From: Deltaproteobacteria bacterium
GTDB taxonomy: Bacteria; Myxococcota; Kuafuiibacteriia; Kuafuiibacteriales; Kuafuiibacteriaceae
DNA: 64,000 nt
Assembly: GCA_040218735.1 (NCBI GenBank)
Contig: JAVJQW010000067.1
Location: forward strand, 192,001 to 256,000
Direction of reading: 5' to 3'
The number at the start of each line of letters is the position of its first letter. The first letter of the stretch is position 1. The translations under genes and the position numbers were made by a program. This document shows, one piece after another, positions 60,937 through 64,000 of the stretch. The notes below the pieces were generated by a model that searched no databases, was not told the DNA's origin, and saw nothing but the letters and a program-made list of their open reading frames with translations.

Positions 60937-62465
60937 GACGCCTCCCCAAGGAGCGCGTCCGCGAGCGCCTGCCGCAGCTCTTCGCGCAGCGCGGTCGCCG
61001 CAGCGCGCTCCTTCTCGAAGCGCGCCAGCAGCTCCTCCGGGTCCTCGTGCATGGCCTCGGGTGCCCGGGGGTTGGGGATGTCGAGGTTGAAGCCGCGGGC
61101 CCGGATGTCGTCGATGCTCACTCGCCAGGCGAGGTCCGTCTCCATCCGGTCGTTCCACCACGCCTTCTCGGCCTCGAACTCCTCGATGCGCATCGGCTTG
61201 GTCTTCGAGTAGCTCTTGTAGCCCTCGGGGTACGGGTGCTCGTAGTACCAGACCTCCTTCGTCGGGCGGCCCTTCTCGAAGAACAGCACGTTGGTCTTGA
61301 TGCTCGTGTACGGCGCGAACACTCCCTTGGGCAGGCGTACGATCGTGTGCAGGTCGCACTCGGTCATGAGCCGTTCCTTGATGCGCGTCTTGACGCCTTC
61401 GCCGAACAACGTCCCGTCGGGCAGCACCACCGCGGCCCGGCCGCCCGGCTTGAGCCGCTCGATGATCAGGACCAAGAACAGGTCCGCGGTCTCTCGGGTG
61501 CGGAACTCCGCGGGGAAGTTGCTCTCGATGCCGTCTTCTTCCATGCCGCCGAACGGTGGGTTCGTGACCACGACCTCGACTCGATCCTTCATCGTGATGT
61601 CGCGGAGCGGACGCGCAAGGGTGTTGTCGTGCATGATGCCGGTGGGCACATCGATCCCGTGCACGATCATGTTGGTGACGGCGAGGAGGTGCGGAAGCGG
61701 CTTCTTCTCGACCCCCTGAATGCTGCCTTGAAGGCGTAGCTCCTGCTTGGCAGTCTTCACCTCGCGAGCCCGGATGTGCTCGACGGCGCAAGCAAGGAAG
61801 CCGCCCGTGCCGCACGCCGGATCGAGCACCTTCTCTCCGAGGCGCGGGTTCACCATGTCGACGGCGAACTGCGTGACGGCGCGCGGCGTGTAGAACTCGC
61901 CGGCATTGCCCGCGCTCTGGAGGTCCTTGAGGATCTTCTCGTAGACGTCGCCGAAGAGGTGGCGGCTCGTCGCGCTGTTGAAGTCGATGCTGCCCTGGAT
62001 GGCGTTGATGACCTGCCGCAGCAAGGTACCGGACTTCATGTACTGGTAAGCGTCCTCGAACACGCTGCGCACCAGCAGGCGGCGTTGGCGGAGCCGACGC
62101 GCGGCCTCGGCCTCCGCGTCGTCGCCTTCGATCTTGGGCCCCACCTCGATGTTCTTGAGGGCGGGGAAGAGCGTGCCGTTGGCGAAGTCGAGCAGCTCGT
62201 CCCCGGTCATCCCTTCGGGATCCTCGGCCCAGGCCGACCAGCGCAGGTCCTCGTGGGTCCAACTGTCGTTCGCGTCCTGCCACGTCACATCGACGAGAGG
62301 CGACTGGAAGCCCTCCTCGACGAGTTCCAGCTCCTTCTCGCGGTCGTTCCAGATCTTGAGGAACAGCAGCCAGACCATCTGGCCAATGCGCTGGGCGTCG
62401 CCGTCGACGCCGACGTCCTTGCGCATGATGTCTTGGATCGACTTGATCGTGGTGTTGAGCGACAC
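60933..62465 (-). CDS. hsdM: Type I restriction-modification m6A methyltransferase
   Basis: IKSIQDIMRKD.GVDGDAQR, GEFYTPR, DPACGTGGFL, TNPPFGG. Confidence 0.96.
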   Translation of the reverse strand: MSLNTTIKSIQDIMRKDVGVDGDAQRIGQMVWLLFLKIWNDREKELELVEEGFQSPLVDVTWQDANDSWTHEDLRWSAWAEDPEGMTGDELLDFANGTLFPALKNIEVGPKIEGDDAEAEAARRLRQRRLLVRSVFEDAYQYMKSGTLLRQVINAIQGSIDFNSATSRHLFGDVYEKILKDLQSAGNAGEFYTPRAVTQFAVDMVNPRLGEKVLDPACGTGGFLACAVEHIRAREVKTAKQELRLQGSIQGVEKKPLPHLLAVTNMIVHGIDVPTGIMHDNTLARPLRDITMKDRVEVVVTNPPFGGMEEDGIESNFPAEFRTRETADLFLVLIIERLKPGGRAAVVLPDGTLFGEGVKTRIKERLMTECDLHTIVRLPKGVFAPYTSIKTNVLFFEKGRPTKEVWYYEHPYPEGYKSYSKTKPMRIEEFEAEKAWWNDRMETDLAWRVSIDDIRARGFNLDIPNPRAPEAMHEDPEELLARFEKERAAATALREELRQALADALLGEAS

Positions 62466-62491
62466 GTGAGGCTCCGGGCGGGGAGCCTAGC

Positions 62492-64000
62492 CTACGCGAC
62501 GCTGCTGTACAGCTCGGATTCCAGGGCTCGCACGGCCTCGATGTACGCGTCCTTCCCGCCGAAGCTCTCGACCAGCTCGTACGCGGTGCCCAACTCCGAC
62601 AGCGGGCGAACGCGAAGCACGCCGAGGTCCTCGACGCTAGGCAGGCCCTCATCGGCGTACTTGTCGAGCAACGCGTCCAACACGCGCCGAGCCTGCTCGC
62701 CGTACTTCGTGAACACGTCCCGCTTGCGCACGTTCTCGGCGCGCTCACGCCGCGTCTTCGGGGGCTGTCCGTAGACGACGTGGCAGATCAAGTCGAAGGC
62801 GTCGTGGTCCCTGCCGACTTGCTCGTGTAGCTCTTCGAGGAGGAGCCCTTGCTCTCGCAGCTCGTCGATCACGGCCGCCTTCCGGTCGGCGCTGGACCAG
62901 CGCTGGAGGAAGTCGTTCAACGTGGCGTACTGCTCCTTGATCGTGTCGCGCGTGTACGCCTTCAGCGACTCCGTGATCAGCTTTCCGTCCTTGCCATAGA
63001 ACTGCACCCGCTCGGCGACGACCGAGACCGTGACCCCGCTGACCACGTACTTCTTCGTTGGCTCGGTGGGATCGCCGGGCTCATCACCGCCGCCATCCGG
63101 GCCCGGCTCATCGGGCGGCACCGGCGAGCCGCCGCCGTCGGGCGCGAAGATGATCACGGGCTCCCCGTCGAAGTCCGGATCCGCGAACTTCTCCGTGGCT
63201 CGCTTGAAGTCCATGATCGTGAACCACAGCTTGCCCGCGTCCTCGTGGATGCGCGTGCCCCGGCCGACGATCTGCTTGAACTCGATCATCGACTCGATGC
63301 GCTGGTCGAGAACGATCAACTTGCACGTCTTCGCGTCGACACCCGTCGACAGCAGCTTCGAGGTCGTCGCGATCACGGGGTAGCGATGCTCGGGGTGGAT
63401 GAAGTCGTCCAGCGCCCGCTTGCCCTCCTCGTTGTCGCCCGTGATCCGCACGACGAACTTGCTCGTGTTGTCGGCCTCCTTCGGCATCTTGGACGCGACC
63501 TCGTTCACCAGGGCCGTCCGCATCCGGGCGGCGTGGTCGATGTTCTCGCAGAACACGATGGTCTTGGCGTACGGGTCGGTCCCGAGAAGGTACGCGACGA
63601 TCTTCTCGGCGACGCGCTTCGTACGTTCGTTGAGCACCAACACCCTGTCCATGTCGCGTTGGTTGTAGATGCGGTCCTCGACCTCCTGATCGAGGTCGTC
63701 GAGCATCCCCTTCGGAGGGCGCCACCCCTGGAGATCGCGATCGATGTCGATGCGCACGACCTTGTAGGGCGCGAGGAAGCCGTCGTCGATCCCCTGCTTG
63801 AGGCTGTACTCGTAGACCGGGTTGCCGAAGTACGTGAGGGTCGAGACGTCCTTGGTCTCCTTCGGCGTGGCCGTAAGTCCGAGGTGGATCGCGCTGTCGA
63901 AGTAGTCGAGGACCTCCCGCCACGCACTGCTCTCCCGTGCGCTCCCGCGGTGGCACTCGTCGATGACCACCAAGTCGAAGAAGTCGGGGGAGAACTGCTT
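62492..64000 (-). CDS. hsdR: Type I restriction endonuclease R subunit (EcoAI/type IB-like), 5'-truncated
   Basis: DECHRGSA, GLTATP, KTIVFC, LLSTGVD, FKQIVGRGTR, and an EcoEI-R-like C-terminus. Confidence 0.95.
   Translation of the reverse strand, partial: KQFSPDFFDLVVIDECHRGSARESSAWREVLDYFDSAIHLGLTATPKETKDVSTLTYFGNPVYEYSLKQGIDDGFLAPYKVVRIDIDRDLQGWRPPKGMLDDLDQEVEDRIYNQRDMDRVLVLNERTKRVAEKIVAYLLGTDPYAKTIVFCENIDHAARMRTALVNEVASKMPKEADNTSKFVVRITGDNEEGKRALDDFIHPEHRYPVIATTSKLLSTGVDAKTCKLIVLDQRIESMIEFKQIVGRGTRIHEDAGKLWFTIMDFKRATEKFADPDFDGEPVIIFAPDGGGSPVPPDEPGPDGGGDEPGDPTEPTKKYVVSGVTVSVVAERVQFYGKDGKLITESLKAYTRDTIKEQYATLNDFLQRWSSADRKAAVIDELREQGLLLEELHEQVGRDHDAFDLICHVVYGQPPKTRRERAENVRKRDVFTKYGEQARRVLDALLDKYADEGLPSVEDLGVLRVRPLSELGTAYELVESFGGKDAYIEAVRALESELYSSVA

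Larger units (their letters stand above)
57804..64000. mobile_element. Integrative genomic (defence) island inserted at tRNA-Ala; right end outside window
   Basis: tRNA followed by att-like repeats, a tyrosine integrase and restriction-modification cargo with a visibly more AT-rich hsdS. Confidence 0.75.

Noticed and set aside
59242-62748. 1168-aa ORF suggesting a giant HsdS fusion
   Set aside because: The upstream part is an off-frame shadow of hsdM. The real hsdS starts at GTG 60936, overlapping the hsdM stop.

Overview
This is a high-GC bacterial chromosomal window that looks myxobacterial: it has MYXO-CTERM-like sorting tails, FHA-sigma54 activators and DGG/DAG linkers. Bases 1-57.7 kb are core or semi-core genome. 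They carry the end of a GldG/DUF4340 ABC-associated operon, secreted and surface proteins, eno, glpX, a pilV-pilW-pilX-pilY1 minor-pilin cluster, recG, greA, hppA, psd, a histone-H1-like/Bcp fusion, four predicted outer-membrane barrels, an ECF sigma factor, three sigma54-type activators (one degenerate), an M16 protease pair, a subtilase, nadC and birA. From tRNA-Ala(GGC) at 57731 onward there is an integrative island with a tyrosine integrase and an EcoAI-like Type I restriction-modification system that runs off the window end. The most notable items are: (i) a 935-bp non-coding element made of two diverged, internally structured 406-bp inverted arms between greA and hppA; (ii) a lipoprotein-FadL-FHA/GAF activator operon placed directly upstream of an ECF sigma gene whose promoter has a sigma54-like box and three CGGA-N8-TCCG palindromes; (iii) the H1-like/peroxiredoxin fusion; (iv) several apparent pseudo-enzymes. 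All family calls come from motif recognition by eye. No database search was run.
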